A stretch of DNA of 64,000 nucleotides, taken from Roseburia hominis. GTDB taxonomy: Bacteria > Bacillota_I > Bacilli_A > RFN20 > CAG-826. Below are positions 1-8,506 of the stretch, in pieces; position 1 is the first letter of the stretch; every line of letters begins with the position of its first letter. Below the pieces are notes generated by a model. It saw nothing but the letters and a program-made list of their open reading frames with translations. It made no database searches and was not told the origin of the DNA. Position numbers and translations under genes: made by a program. The stretch lies in NCBI GenBank assembly GCA_963642055.1, contig CAVIFQ010000005.1, forward strand, positions 9,633 through 73,632, given 5' to 3'.

Positions 1-1560
1 GGTCTGAGGGTACTCGCCGTTCTGCTTTCTCGATATTGTCTTCGTGACGGCTTTGACCGTCACTTCCCCGGTGATGTTCTCGAGGGCTGAGGCATCATCC
101 CAACCCATGAACTGGGTCACGTTTTCCTTATCGTAGGAATAAGGCAATTCATACGGATAGCTTGCCGCGTTCCCCTTTTTGAAATAATGGGAGTATAGTT
201 CGGTCTCGTCGTTCATAAAAGTGACTTTGTAACCAGTGAAAGTAGTCGACCGATATTGCGCCTTGAAGGTGGTCGGGGCGGTGATATTAGTAAGAGCGTT
301 ATCCCAGGTATTGAATGTGTAGTCGGTCACGGAATCGCCACTTACGTCCTGCTCCTTTGTTGGGGTGGCTCCGCCATAGACGGCTTTGCTCCCTTGGAAC
401 ACCAAGGTCTTATAAAGTTCCGTGCCATCGTAATTGAGGAAGGTGCACCAATAATACTTCACCTCATTGAACTTCGCGGTGAAGGTCGTGTCGGCGCTGA
501 TGTTTTTGAGCGAATTGTCCCAGCCCGCGAAAGAATAGGTCAAGACGGTGCCGCTCCCATCATCGACGCTCTCTTTCGCGGGCGTCTTCCCTCCGTATTT
601 GATGGTGTCGCCGTTCCCGCAGTAGCCGACGTAAAGAGTCGTGCCGTCATAGTTCTTGAAGGTGCAGGTATAGGCATTGGGGCAATAGAACTGCGCGGTG
701 AAGGTCGTATCCTCCTTGATGCTGGTGAGTTCCTTGTCCCAGCCGGAGAACGCCCACGTCAAGGTTGAGCTGCCAGAGACAGTGTCAGGCTTAGTAGGCG
801 TAACCCCTTTGTATTCGACGCTGTCGCCGAAATTGACTGAGGTTTTGTAGAGTTCCTCACCGTCGTAATTGACGAACGTGCATTCCACGAGCGACTCGAA
901 CTTCGCGGTGAAAATAGTCGGCTTCTGGATATTCTCCAAGGATTTGTCCCAGCCAGCGAAGGTCCAATCGACATTGTGGCCGTCAATCGTCTCGCTCGGT
1001 TTCGTTGGGGTTGGCCCATCATAGACGATAGTAGAGCCCTTCTCATAATAGAACTCATAGAGCTTGCTGCCGTCGTAGTTATTGAAGATGCAAGGGACGT
1101 AAGTGACGGCGTCTTCCCCGTCTTTGCCATTCCCTCCCTTGATGTTCCCGGACTTGCTCCAGGCCCCATCGGCTTTCACATAATAATCAAAGGTATCGGT
1201 ATCGATATAGGAATCGCCATCCTTGCCGAGCGTGTCGGCTGGGGCTTCCTTGCCGTTCAATATCGAGGATCCGTCGGCCCCATTGACGCCGTTCGTGCCG
1301 TCTTGGCCGTCTTTGCCAGGGTCGCCTTTATCCCCTTTGTCGCCTTTTTCGCCCTTCTCGCCTTTAATAGAGGCCAGCCACTCCTCATACGAGAGAGTGC
1401 CGCCGTTATCGCGGTAAGCCTGATAAACCGCCGCGATTGATGGATCCTCGCTCGAGGCGCTGGAGGGGGATGACGAGTCTCCCCCAGCGCACGCTGTAAG
1501 GGCAAAGGCTGAAGAGGCCGTCAAAAGAAGTGCCAATAGATTTCTGTTTTTGTTTTTCAT
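1..1560 (-). CDS. surface lipoprotein, C-terminal end beyond window edge: lipobox signal peptide, short collagen-like G-X-Y run, then 5 tandem ~65-aa InlB-B / Listeria-Bacteroides-type repeats
   Basis: Frame is open from the ATG (complement of 1558-1560) to position 1; it is missing from the ORF track because it has no stop in the window. N-terminus is MKNKNRNLLALLLTASSAFALTAC. It is followed by GEKGEKGDKGDKGDPGKDGQDGTNGVNGADG, then repeats of the form F.NYDG..LY...G..Y.G..PTK...W.F.GWD. AAGGAG lies ~10 nt upstream. Confidence 0.75.
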   Translation of the reverse strand, partial: MKNKNRNLLALLLTASSAFALTACAGGDSSSPSSASSEDPSIAAVYQAYRDNGGTLSYEEWLASIKGEKGEKGDKGDKGDPGKDGQDGTNGVNGADGSSILNGKEAPADTLGKDGDSYIDTDTFDYYVKADGAWSKSGNIKGGNGKDGEDAVTYVPCIFNNYDGSKLYEFYYEKGSTIVYDGPTPTKPSETIDGHNVDWTFAGWDKSLENIQKPTIFTAKFESLVECTFVNYDGEELYKTSVNFGDSVEYKGVTPTKPDTVSGSSTLTWAFSGWDKELTSIKEDTTFTAQFYCPNAYTCTFKNYDGTTLYVGYCGNGDTIKYGGKTPAKESVDDGSGTVLTYSFAGWDNSLKNISADTTFTAKFNEVKYYWCTFLNYDGTELYKTLVFQGSKAVYGGATPTKEQDVSGDSVTDYTFNTWDNALTNITAPTTFKAQYRSTTFTGYKVTFMNDETELYSHYFKKGNAASYPYELPYSYDKENVTQFMGWDDASALENITGEVTVKAVTKTISRKQNGEYPQT

Positions 1561-1640
1561 TGACGAATATCTCCTTAAAATAAAAAAGCAAGCTTTGGTC
1601 ACCCCCTAGAATACCAAGGCTTGCGTGCTTACCCTAATTC

Positions 1641-1659
1641 AAAAAAAAAAAAAAAAAAC
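1641..1659 (-). repeat. A19 homopolymer (T19 on the coding strand of the lipoprotein gene)
   Basis: 19 consecutive A read directly. The tract ends 80 nt upstream of the ATG at 1560, about 27 nt 5' of a TGG-TATTCT extended -10-like element. Confidence 0.95.
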
Positions 1660-1802
1660 AAGCCCTTTTCGAAAAAAGCAAAGGAATCATCGATGCTTTT
1701 TAACTTGTAAGGAGCAATGCGAATTCGCTTCTTAGTTGTGGAGTGATACGCTCAAAATATCTACAAAAGGGCCTAAATGACTATATTTTGGGTTGATTGA
1801 TA

Positions 1803-1830
1803 AATTAAAAGCCCCGCTTAGATGGGGGCT
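1803..1830 (-). terminator. rho-independent terminator after rbfA
   Basis: On the minus strand: AGCCCC-N9-GGGGCT followed by TTTTAATTT, just 3' of the rbfA stop. Confidence 0.55.
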
Positions 1831-1837
1831 AGTTGAT

Positions 1838-2203
1838 TCAATCCTCGTCTTTCTTGAGCGAAGAGAGCTCGCTTTCTTCTTTGGCGAGCGCCTGTTCTAG
1901 CGACTCGGCCCGCTCGAACTGGTCATCGTAGATAAAGACGATGTCCGGGGCTTTGTATAAGTCCATTTTCTTCGCTAGAGAGGAGCGGACGAAGCCTTTG
2001 CAGCGATTGAGCTCCTCCAAGTTTTGGCGCGGGTATTTCGCGCCGATGAAGGAGACATACACCTTCGCAAGCGAATTGTCGGAATTGATGACGACCTCAT
2101 TCACTGAGGGAATGCCGACACGCTTATTCTTGAGCTCGAAGGTGAGGATATCGGAGATATTCCTCCCGATGAGCGCCTTGACTCTGCCTTGCCTATCCGC
2201 CAT
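1838..2203 (-). CDS. rbfA: ribosome-binding factor A
   Basis: ~120-aa protein (RVKALIGRNISDIL...SVNEVVINSDNSLAKVYVSF) in the conserved position after infB. The ATG shares one base with the infB TGA stop; the track ORF starts one codon earlier at GTG. Confidence 0.9.
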   Translation of the reverse strand: MADRQGRVKALIGRNISDILTFELKNKRVGIPSVNEVVINSDNSLAKVYVSFIGAKYPRQNLEELNRCKGFVRSSLAKKMDLYKAPDIVFIYDDQFERAESLEQALAKEESELSSLKKDED

Positions 2204-4062
2204 CACTCTTTCTCCACGAGTTCGTAACCCTCGATGATGTCGCCTTCCTTGATGTCGTTATACCCATCGATCGAAAGGCCGCATTCATAACCTTCTTTGA
2301 CTTCTTTGACGTCGTCTTTGAAGCGCTTGAGGGAGGCTAAATCGCCTTCGTAGATTATTACGCCAGCGCGTAAGAGTCTAACTTTCTCTTTGGCCTTAAG
2401 TTCGCCTGAGGTGACATAGGATCCAGCGACGGTGCCAACATGGGTGATTTTATAGATATGTCTCACTTCGGCTTGACCGGTCACTTTCTCCACCATCTCG
2501 GCTTTATACATGCCTTTGAGAGCGGCATTCATATCATCGAGGAGTTGATAAATGATTCGATATGGCCTGATCTCGACATGCTCTTCTTTCGCTTTCTCGT
2601 TGACGCGCGCGTCAGGTCTGATATTGAAAGCGTAGATAAGCGCGTTAGAGGCACTCGCTAGAAGGACATCGCTGTCGCTGATAGCCCCAGCCGCCGCGCT
2701 GATGACGTGGATATGGACGTGCTCGTTGCTGCATTTCTCTAAGGAGGCTTTCACAGCTTCCGCGCTTCCCGCCGTATCTGCTTTAACCACGACATTGATA
2801 TCTTTGATTTTCCCGGCGTTCACGAGGTTATTGAGGTCCGACAAAGAGAGAGCTGCGCTCCCGCTTTGGGTCTGCTCTTTTTTGGCAAGCGCCCTTCTTT
2901 CGGCGATGGCTTTGGCTTCTTTCTCGGTTGGGAAAGCCATGAAGCGGTCGCCCGCGCTTGGGACGGCGCTTAAGCCGGTGACCGAGACTGGCGTGCTAGG
3001 AAGAGCAGTTCTCACGACTTGCCCGTATTCGTTGCACATCCTTCTGATTTTGCCGTATATCTCCCCCACGACGACGTAATCGCTGTTATTGAGGGTGCCG
3101 TTTTGGACAAGCAAGGTGGCTTTTGGCCCTTCGCCTTTATCGAGATTGCTCTCTAAGACGGTGCCGATCGCATAACGATTCGGGTTGGCCTTAAGTTCCA
3201 TCATCTCGGCTTTTAGGAGTATTGCATCAAGCAAATCATTGATGCCTTTCCCGGTTTTGGCGGAGAGAGGGATCATCATCGTATCGCCGCCATAATCCTC
3301 GGCGATGATGTTATGGGCCATGAGCTCTTGCTTGACCCTATCCACATTCGCGCCAGGCTTATCCATCTTGTTGATGGCCACGATTATCTCGCATCCGGCG
3401 GCTTTCGCGTGGTCGATGGCCTCCAAGGTCTGAGGCATCACTCCATCATCAGCGGCCACCACAAGCACCGTGATATCGGTGACTTGGGCGCCGCGCGCTC
3501 TCATGGCGGTGAAGGCGGCGTGCCCTGGGGTATCGATGATGGTGATTTTCTTGCCACCGTACTCTTTTTGATAAGCGCCGATCGCTTGGCTGATGCCCCC
3601 GGCTTCATGCGATGCCACATCGCTGTTTCTGATGGCATCGATAAGCGTGGTCTTGCCATGATCAACGTGCCCCATCACGGTCACGATGGAGGGGCGCTCT
3701 TCAAGATCTTTCGGGTCATCGACGATCTCGAGTTCCTCGAAGTGGTCGGCATCGACGATCTTCTCTTTCTTGAAGTCGTAGCCGTATTCCAAACATAAAG
3801 TACCTATCGTCTCATCATCGAGCAACTGGTTGATGGTGACCATCTTCCCCTGCATGAAGAGGTATTTGATGATCTGGACGCTCGGGACGTTGATGGCTTT
3901 GCTTAAATCGGCCACCGAGAGAGGTTTGGAGTAGACGAAGACCCCGCCATTGACTTTGGCGAATTCCTCTTTCTTTTTGCCCATGGGGTGCGAGGCGAAG
4001 TTTTCGATTCTCCGCTTCTGGTTGTCATTCTTTTTGGAATGGAATTGCTGCGTTTTCTTCAT
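2203..4062 (-). CDS. infB: translation initiation factor IF-2 (short N-terminal form)
   Basis: GTPase motifs [17 protein letters not shown] and NKMD, with conserved IF-2 C-terminal domains. AAAGGAGA RBS upstream. Confidence 0.95.
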   Translation of the reverse strand: MKKTQQFHSKKNDNQKRRIENFASHPMGKKKEEFAKVNGGVFVYSKPLSVADLSKAINVPSVQIIKYLFMQGKMVTINQLLDDETIGTLCLEYGYDFKKEKIVDADHFEELEIVDDPKDLEERPSIVTVMGHVDHGKTTLIDAIRNSDVASHEAGGISQAIGAYQKEYGGKKITIIDTPGHAAFTAMRARGAQVTDITVLVVAADDGVMPQTLEAIDHAKAAGCEIIVAINKMDKPGANVDRVKQELMAHNIIAEDYGGDTMMIPLSAKTGKGINDLLDAILLKAEMMELKANPNRYAIGTVLESNLDKGEGPKATLLVQNGTLNNSDYVVVGEIYGKIRRMCNEYGQVVRTALPSTPVSVTGLSAVPSAGDRFMAFPTEKEAKAIAERRALAKKEQTQSGSAALSLSDLNNLVNAGKIKDINVVVKADTAGSAEAVKASLEKCSNEHVHIHVISAAAGAISDSDVLLASASNALIYAFNIRPDARVNEKAKEEHVEIRPYRIIYQLLDDMNAALKGMYKAEMVEKVTGQAEVRHIYKITHVGTVAGSYVTSGELKAKEKVRLLRAGVIIYEGDLASLKRFKDDVKEVKEGYECGLSIDGYNDIKEGDIIEGYELVEKE

Positions 4063-4343
4063 CGTGTCTCCTTTCTTAATAATGAGGTGGCCGCTTTTTT
4101 ATCGGTTACGAGGATGAGGCTCACTTCGGGGTAGCCCAAGGCTTCCCCTAGCTCTATCTTGCTATAACGTTCGATTACGGGGATATCCTCTAGAAGATGG
4201 CTCACTTCCTTTTTGGTGTTGAGACTCGCATCGCTCGCTAGAAAGGCCAATCTCCCCTTGGAGGAATATTTGGCTTCATTCCCTATAAGAGCCTTATGGC
4301 CCTTGAAGAGGATCCCGATAAATCCGAGCGTGGAGTCATTCAT
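4059..4343 (-). CDS. ylxQ: L7Ae-family RNA-binding protein YlxQ
   Basis: 94 aa located between ylxR and infB. GFIGILFKGHKALIGNEA and the following sequence are typical of the YlxQ/L7Ae-like family. Confidence 0.8.
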   Translation of the reverse strand: MNDSTLGFIGILFKGHKALIGNEAKYSSKGRLAFLASDASLNTKKEVSHLLEDIPVIERYSKIELGEALGYPEVSLILVTDKKAATSLLRKETR

Positions 4344-4350
4344 CTTCTTT

Positions 4351-4608
4351 CTATTTTCCTTTGTATAAGCTTTTGATATCTTCTTCCTTTACCTTGACTT
4401 TGAAGGCGCGGGAGAGGAGTTTGCCGTTTTTTAAGGCCTCTAGGCTACTTTCATCCTTTTTGATATAGGCGCCTCGCCCAGGCTTTGATAAGTCAGCATC
4501 GAATTCGACATGGCCATCGATATAGACGAGACGGAGGAGCTCATCGCGGGGGAATACTTCTCCCGAGATGATATCCTTCCGATAAATCGTCTTTTTATTT
4601 GTCGTCAT
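4351..4608 (-). CDS. ylxR: YlxR/DUF448 RNA-binding protein
   Basis: The 85-aa core is MTTNKKTIYRKDIISGEVFPRDELLRLV...GRGAYI. I place the start at the internal ATG (4606-4608), which overlaps the nusA stop by 14 nt. The 154-aa track ORF is an out-of-frame run through the nusA 3' end. Confidence 0.8.
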   Translation of the reverse strand: MTTNKKTIYRKDIISGEVFPRDELLRLVYIDGHVEFDADLSKPGRGAYIKKDESSLEALKNGKLLSRAFKVKVKEEDIKSLYKGK

Positions 4609-6295
4609 CGTAATAGCTGTCGTACTGGTCGAGATCCTCGTCTTCGTCCAAATTATCGAGGTCATTCGACATATTCTCCTCTTGCTCGATCTGCTCAAGC
4701 TCTTCTTGGGAATAGATCGGCATCGCATCGACTGCAGGAGTGACTTCGCTGCTTTTGACGCGTTCCACTTCTTCTTCGGTGATCTTATGCGGACGCTTGG
4801 CCTTGGGGTTGCCACGGGTAGAGGTAGCAGCTGGCTTGCTCTTGGCTTTCTCTAGCTCTTCCTCGAGCTCAGAGAGGCTCTTCGTGGTCTTCACCTCGGC
4901 GTGTTCAACGACTTTGGCTGGCTCTTCTTCTTTGACGAGTGGAGCAACAGTCTCGACTGGTTTATCTTCGGTAGTGGCTGGTTTATCTTCGGTAACTGGA
5001 GCAACATTCTCAGTCGGAGCGACAACAGTCTCTTCCTCTTTCTTCGCTTCGGCGGCTTGCTCGCGTTTGGCGGCCTCTAAAGCGGCGCTCTTACGGGCAT
5101 ATTCCTCTCTTTCCTCGGCTTTCTTCTCTTCTTCGGCCTGTTTCTGGAGGATATCGGTTGGTGTGTAGTCGATATCTTCGTCTTTGGCGATTGATTCCTC
5201 GACGATATCGATGTTCCAGCCGGTGAGCTTATTCGCTAGACGCGCATTCGCGCCTTTTTTGCCGATGGCTAAAGAGAGCTGCTCATCGCGCACGACGGCA
5301 ATGGCCTTTGGTTTCGGGGTAACATTCGCATCAACGATCTTCACGCCGAGAACCTGCGCTGGGCGAAGAGAATCGGCGATATATAATCCTGGGTTCTTGC
5401 TATAGGCGATGATATCGATCTTCTCTTTGTCGATGCCGTTACCGAGTTGAGCGACGATTTTCTGGATCCTATTCCCGCCTTGCCCAATGCAAGCGCCGGT
5501 TGGATCAACATCGGGGTTGGAAGTATAGACGGCGACTTTGCTTCTGACGCCTGCTTCGCGCGCGATGCCTTTAATAACGACCGTGCCATCATAAATCTCA
5601 TGGATTTCCTCTTCAAAGAGGCGGCGGAGAAAGCCTTCGCTCGAGCGAGTGACTTCAATCTGGGAGCCGCGGGAGGATTTCCCGTCCTCCGCCACTTGCT
5701 TCACTTCCTGGATATAGACTTTGATGCTGTCGCCAATGCGGAAGAACTCATCGCCGATCATCTCTTTGCGGGTCAACTCGACAACCGTTCTCCCGATATT
5801 GACGGAGACGCTTCTTTCATCGGCTTTCTCCACGGTGCCAGTGATCATCTCGCCGATATGGTCTTTGTAGATATCGTAAAGCGCGCTTCTTTCGGCTTTG
5901 CCGAGCTCGTTTCTTAGATTCCCTTTGACCGCGTTAGCGAAAACCTTCGATAGTTCAGCGACGGTCGCTGGGATTGGGTAGTTATCCCCTTCTTTCCAAA
6001 TCGGTGCGCCGAGACCTTCATTGGCCTCTTCCACATCGATCTCGAGATAATCGTCTTGGACGTCTTTGACGACTTTCTTGATCTGGGCAAGATAAATGGA
6101 GCTGTTGTCGAGATCGATTTTCACCTCCACCACGGCATCGTCGCCTCCGCCTAGATACTTGACGTAAGCTTTCCTTAAAGCCTCGGTCAAAGCGGCGATG
6201 ACGCTTTCTTCGCTTAATCCTTTGGCGTTGGCGATTTCTTTCACCGCATCGATGAGTTTCGGCATGATGACGGCATTTTTCTTTTTGTTTGGCAT
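4595..6295 (-). CDS. nusA: transcription termination/antitermination factor NusA with a ~195-aa E/K/A-rich, acidic C-terminal extension
   Basis: NusA N-terminal, S1 and two KH domains are recognisable (up to GKKGANARLANKLTGWNIDIV). A low-complexity tail follows, ending DEDEDLDQYDSYYDDDK. Confidence 0.95.
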   Translation of the reverse strand: MPNKKKNAVIMPKLIDAVKEIANAKGLSEESVIAALTEALRKAYVKYLGGGDDAVVEVKIDLDNSSIYLAQIKKVVKDVQDDYLEIDVEEANEGLGAPIWKEGDNYPIPATVAELSKVFANAVKGNLRNELGKAERSALYDIYKDHIGEMITGTVEKADERSVSVNIGRTVVELTRKEMIGDEFFRIGDSIKVYIQEVKQVAEDGKSSRGSQIEVTRSSEGFLRRLFEEEIHEIYDGTVVIKGIAREAGVRSKVAVYTSNPDVDPTGACIGQGGNRIQKIVAQLGNGIDKEKIDIIAYSKNPGLYIADSLRPAQVLGVKIVDANVTPKPKAIAVVRDEQLSLAIGKKGANARLANKLTGWNIDIVEESIAKDEDIDYTPTDILQKQAEEEKKAEEREEYARKSAALEAAKREQAAEAKKEEETVVAPTENVAPVTEDKPATTEDKPVETVAPLVKEEEPAKVVEHAEVKTTKSLSELEEELEKAKSKPAATSTRGNPKAKRPHKITEEEVERVKSSEVTPAVDAMPIYSQEELEQIEQEENMSNDLDNLDEDEDLDQYDSYYDDDK

Positions 6296-6306
6296 ATATT
6301 TCCCTT

Positions 6307-6768
6307 TCAGAATTCAATGGCTAATCTGGCTTTGTCGAGGTATTCGCGCTTAATGGCGATATCCTTCTTCTTCGCTTTCTCCTTGATACGGAGAGTGATG
6401 TTATCTTCGTTCACATCGATGAGCGTACCCTCCAAGGTGTTCTTCCCTTCATAAGGATGCGAGAGATGGATATTCACGTAATGGTTGAGGTAGTGGTCTA
6501 GCTTATCTAGAGAGAGCGGCTTTTCAGCTCCTAGAGAGGAGACATCAAGCGTATAGGCTCCTTCAATCGGATCATTCTCATCTAGGATCGGATTGATGAG
6601 CTCGCTCACCTTAACTATATCATCGAGCGATATAGCTTCATCTCGATCCACCACGATCGAGAGGGTGCCTCCTGAGGAAGCCCGCGCGTAGGAGATAGAG
6701 AAGATCGAATAACCTTTTTCTCGCAATGGCCCTTCCAAAAGCTCTTTGACTTTGCTTGTTTCTTCCAT
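6307..6768 (-). CDS. rimP: ribosome maturation factor RimP
   Basis: MEETSKVKELLEGPLREKGYSIFSISY... is RimP-like and lies first in the nusA operon. Start chosen at the ATG 7 nt after GGAGG; the track ORF begins 19 codons upstream. Confidence 0.9.
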   Translation of the reverse strand: MEETSKVKELLEGPLREKGYSIFSISYARASSGGTLSIVVDRDEAISLDDIVKVSELINPILDENDPIEGAYTLDVSSLGAEKPLSLDKLDHYLNHYVNIHLSHPYEGKNTLEGTLIDVNEDNITLRIKEKAKKKDIAIKREYLDKARLAIEF

Positions 6769-6781
6769 CCATACCTCCATT

Positions 6782-6808
6782 AAAAACAAAGAGTGGCCTT
6801 TGCCACTC
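6782..6808 (-). terminator. leader hairpin plus U-tract immediately upstream of rimP (candidate attenuator)
   Basis: On the minus strand: GAGTGGC-AAAG-GCCACTC followed by TTTGTTTTT. It sits between the predicted promoter and the rimP RBS. Confidence 0.5.
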
Positions 6809-6860
6809 CACTTTTCGCGTTGCACAGCAGAACCTCTTCCGAGGGTTTTCCGCCTTGCTT

Positions 6861-6889
6861 ATGCTACCCCGACCTCTCTAGCTTTGCAA
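6861..6889 (-). promoter_or_regulatory. sigma-70-type promoter of the rimP-nusA operon
   Basis: On the minus strand: TTGCAA, a 17-nt spacer, then TAGCAT, ~95 nt upstream of the rimP ATG. Confidence 0.45.
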
Positions 6890-6957
6890 GTGCTTTTTTG
6901 CTCCGATTTGCCCCATAAACAAGGGCTTTTGAGATATGAGAATGACGCTTATCTTTT

Positions 6958-6990
6958 TAACCTGCATTTTTGAAATATCATCGTAGGTTA
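6958..6990. repeat. copy A of a 32-33-bp dyad element (TAACCTRC - AT-rich core - GTAGGTTA)
   Basis: Sequence taacctgcatttttgaaatatcatcgtaggtta overlaps the stop codon of the HipA-like gene. It has the same orientation as copies B and C upstream of that gene. Confidence 0.85.
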
Positions 6991-8291
6991 TCTTTGATAT
7001 TCTCTAGGCGCTTCTGCCCGTTTAAGAGGAAGGCGATGAGAGTAGTTTCATCGACTTTGATGGATATATCATCTAGTATCGCGCGGATATCCTTTTCGTC
7101 TATCTTCTTGATATACAAAGAAGCGAAAAGCTCGCGCGCCTTCGCGTCTTTCTTTAAGAAACGCACAAGATAATCAATCAACCCGTCGCTTTTTCTAGAG
7201 ACATCGTGCGGATAGCCGTTCACCGATAGAAGAGCGATGTTGTTATCGAAATTGGGGGATAAAGAGATGATGCGCCCACTCTTCCGATCGCGGAGGAACC
7301 CGCAGTTCTCGTTGTGGCGGTCGACATTATTGACGAGGCAGTCGAAATATAGAAGCTGTAGATACTCTTTCGTGATGTCTTCGTTGAGCTCTAGTAGGAG
7401 CGGAAAGACATGCTCATAGGTATCATCGTCTTTGCCAGCGAGCGAAGAAAGCGGCTCGAAATTGACTTCCGTCGCAAAGTTCTTCGTCTTGATGTAGCCA
7501 TCAATCAATTCATACTCGGCCGATTTTATTCCAAGAGCGATAGCCAAACGGGAGCAGAAATACTCCGAGAAGAGCTCCTTCTCATTCCCTTTCTTCACTA
7601 GATACCAACACCCATCGATTCTTTTCCAGCATTTCTCGTAGCTCCCTCCTAAAGTGAGCTCCGGGGTGAGTCGCGCTTTCGAAGGAAGATAGAAAACATC
7701 TCCTTTCAAAGCGAGACTCGCATATTCATCGGAGAAGATGGAGACATCTTTCCAGCGTAATTTGGATTTAAAGGGCTTGAACCAGTAATCGTCAGTCAAA
7801 GAGATGGCGTGGACCGCTAAAGAGGTCTCAGTTTCATTATATGAGCTGATACCGAGTATCTTCTTGAGGAGACGCGAGTTATGGCGGCTCGAGTCAATGC
7901 TCCTAGAAGAAAGCCAGCTCTCGAGATTCTTCGACTTCAATATAGATAAGGGGGCCTTTGCTTCATTGATATAGGTGAGTCCCCCTTTTTTGAAGCGCGC
8001 GACCACTTCGTCTTTCTCCATCACTTCTCCGTCGAAAGAAGAAGCGGATGGCGATAAAGGCGATAAAGGAGGCGAAGATGGTAAATCATTCAAAAGGCTC
8101 TCCAGTTCCTTTCGTCTCTCGATAGCAGCCTTTATTCGCCCCACTTCCGCTTCTTTGATGTATTCGCTTTTGACTTTATTTCCTTCGCGGCGCTGAAGAT
8201 AGTACCTCTTTTTGTTTCCGATCCTCTTGACGGAAATATAGCCTTCAGGGAGAGATGATAACTCTTTTAATATTGCATCCTTATCCATCAT
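6978..8291 (-). CDS. HipA-family serine/threonine kinase-like protein (toxin-type) with an extra ~70-aa N-terminal module
   Basis: The C-terminal half has the HipA_C-like catalytic loop LVNNVDRHNENCGFL and an upstream DDYWFKP motif. No HipB/XRE gene is adjacent. Confidence 0.65.
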   Translation of the reverse strand: MMDKDAILKELSSLPEGYISVKRIGNKKRYYLQRREGNKVKSEYIKEAEVGRIKAAIERRKELESLLNDLPSSPPLSPLSPSASSFDGEVMEKDEVVARFKKGGLTYINEAKAPLSILKSKNLESWLSSRSIDSSRHNSRLLKKILGISSYNETETSLAVHAISLTDDYWFKPFKSKLRWKDVSIFSDEYASLALKGDVFYLPSKARLTPELTLGGSYEKCWKRIDGCWYLVKKGNEKELFSEYFCSRLAIALGIKSAEYELIDGYIKTKNFATEVNFEPLSSLAGKDDDTYEHVFPLLLELNEDITKEYLQLLYFDCLVNNVDRHNENCGFLRDRKSGRIISLSPNFDNNIALLSVNGYPHDVSRKSDGLIDYLVRFLKKDAKARELFASLYIKKIDEKDIRAILDDISIKVDETTLIAFLLNGQKRLENIKDNLR

Positions 8292-8310
8292 GGAATAAGG
8301 ATATATTTTT

Positions 8311-8408
8311 TAACCTACATTTTCAAATATCATAGTAGGTTATCCGATGTTTCCTACCTTTTGTGTTTGATATTCGTAACCTACATTTTGAAATATCATC
8401 GTAGGTTA
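8311..8408. repeat. copies B (8311-8342) and C (8377-8408) of the 32-bp dyad element, 66 bp apart
   Basis: Copy B is taacctacattttcaaatatcatagtaggtta and copy C is taacctacattttgaaatatcatcgtaggtta. Copy B starts 20 nt upstream of the HipA-like ATG. Confidence 0.85.
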
Positions 8409-8506
8409 CACCCAGCAAAACCCCATAAAGGAAATCGCCGCCAGATTGACGGCGATCTAGTGGAGTCTATCGTATACAGCCTTAAGCGCCCAACGAAGCG
8501 ATTTAT

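Noticed and set aside
256-1591. Six track ORFs (61-170 aa, both strands) covering 256-1591
   Set aside because: All overlap the long open frame of the partial lipoprotein gene (complement 1-1560), which has a lipobox, an RBS and clear repeat structure. The listed ORFs are low-complexity shadow frames.
2203-2205. Mycoplasma-type genetic code (TGA = Trp)
   Set aside because: TGA terminates infB (2203-2205) and rimO (41030-32) at family-typical C-termini. All long ORFs are free of in-frame TGA and Trp is encoded by TGG, so the standard bacterial code applies.
4351-4815. 154-aa version of the ylxR ORF, and the 453-aa version of 10129-11490
   Set aside because: The N-terminal extensions either run out of frame through the 3' end of the upstream gene (nusA) or add unrelated residues before an ATG with a good GGAGG RBS. 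Family-typical N-termini begin at the internal starts (4608 and 11319).
6958-8408. Integron cassette / attC interpretation of the dyad elements flanking the island genes
   Set aside because: No intI integrase is present. The elements lack the RYYYAAC / GTTRRRY core sites, and they sit mainly 5' of the genes rather than 3'.
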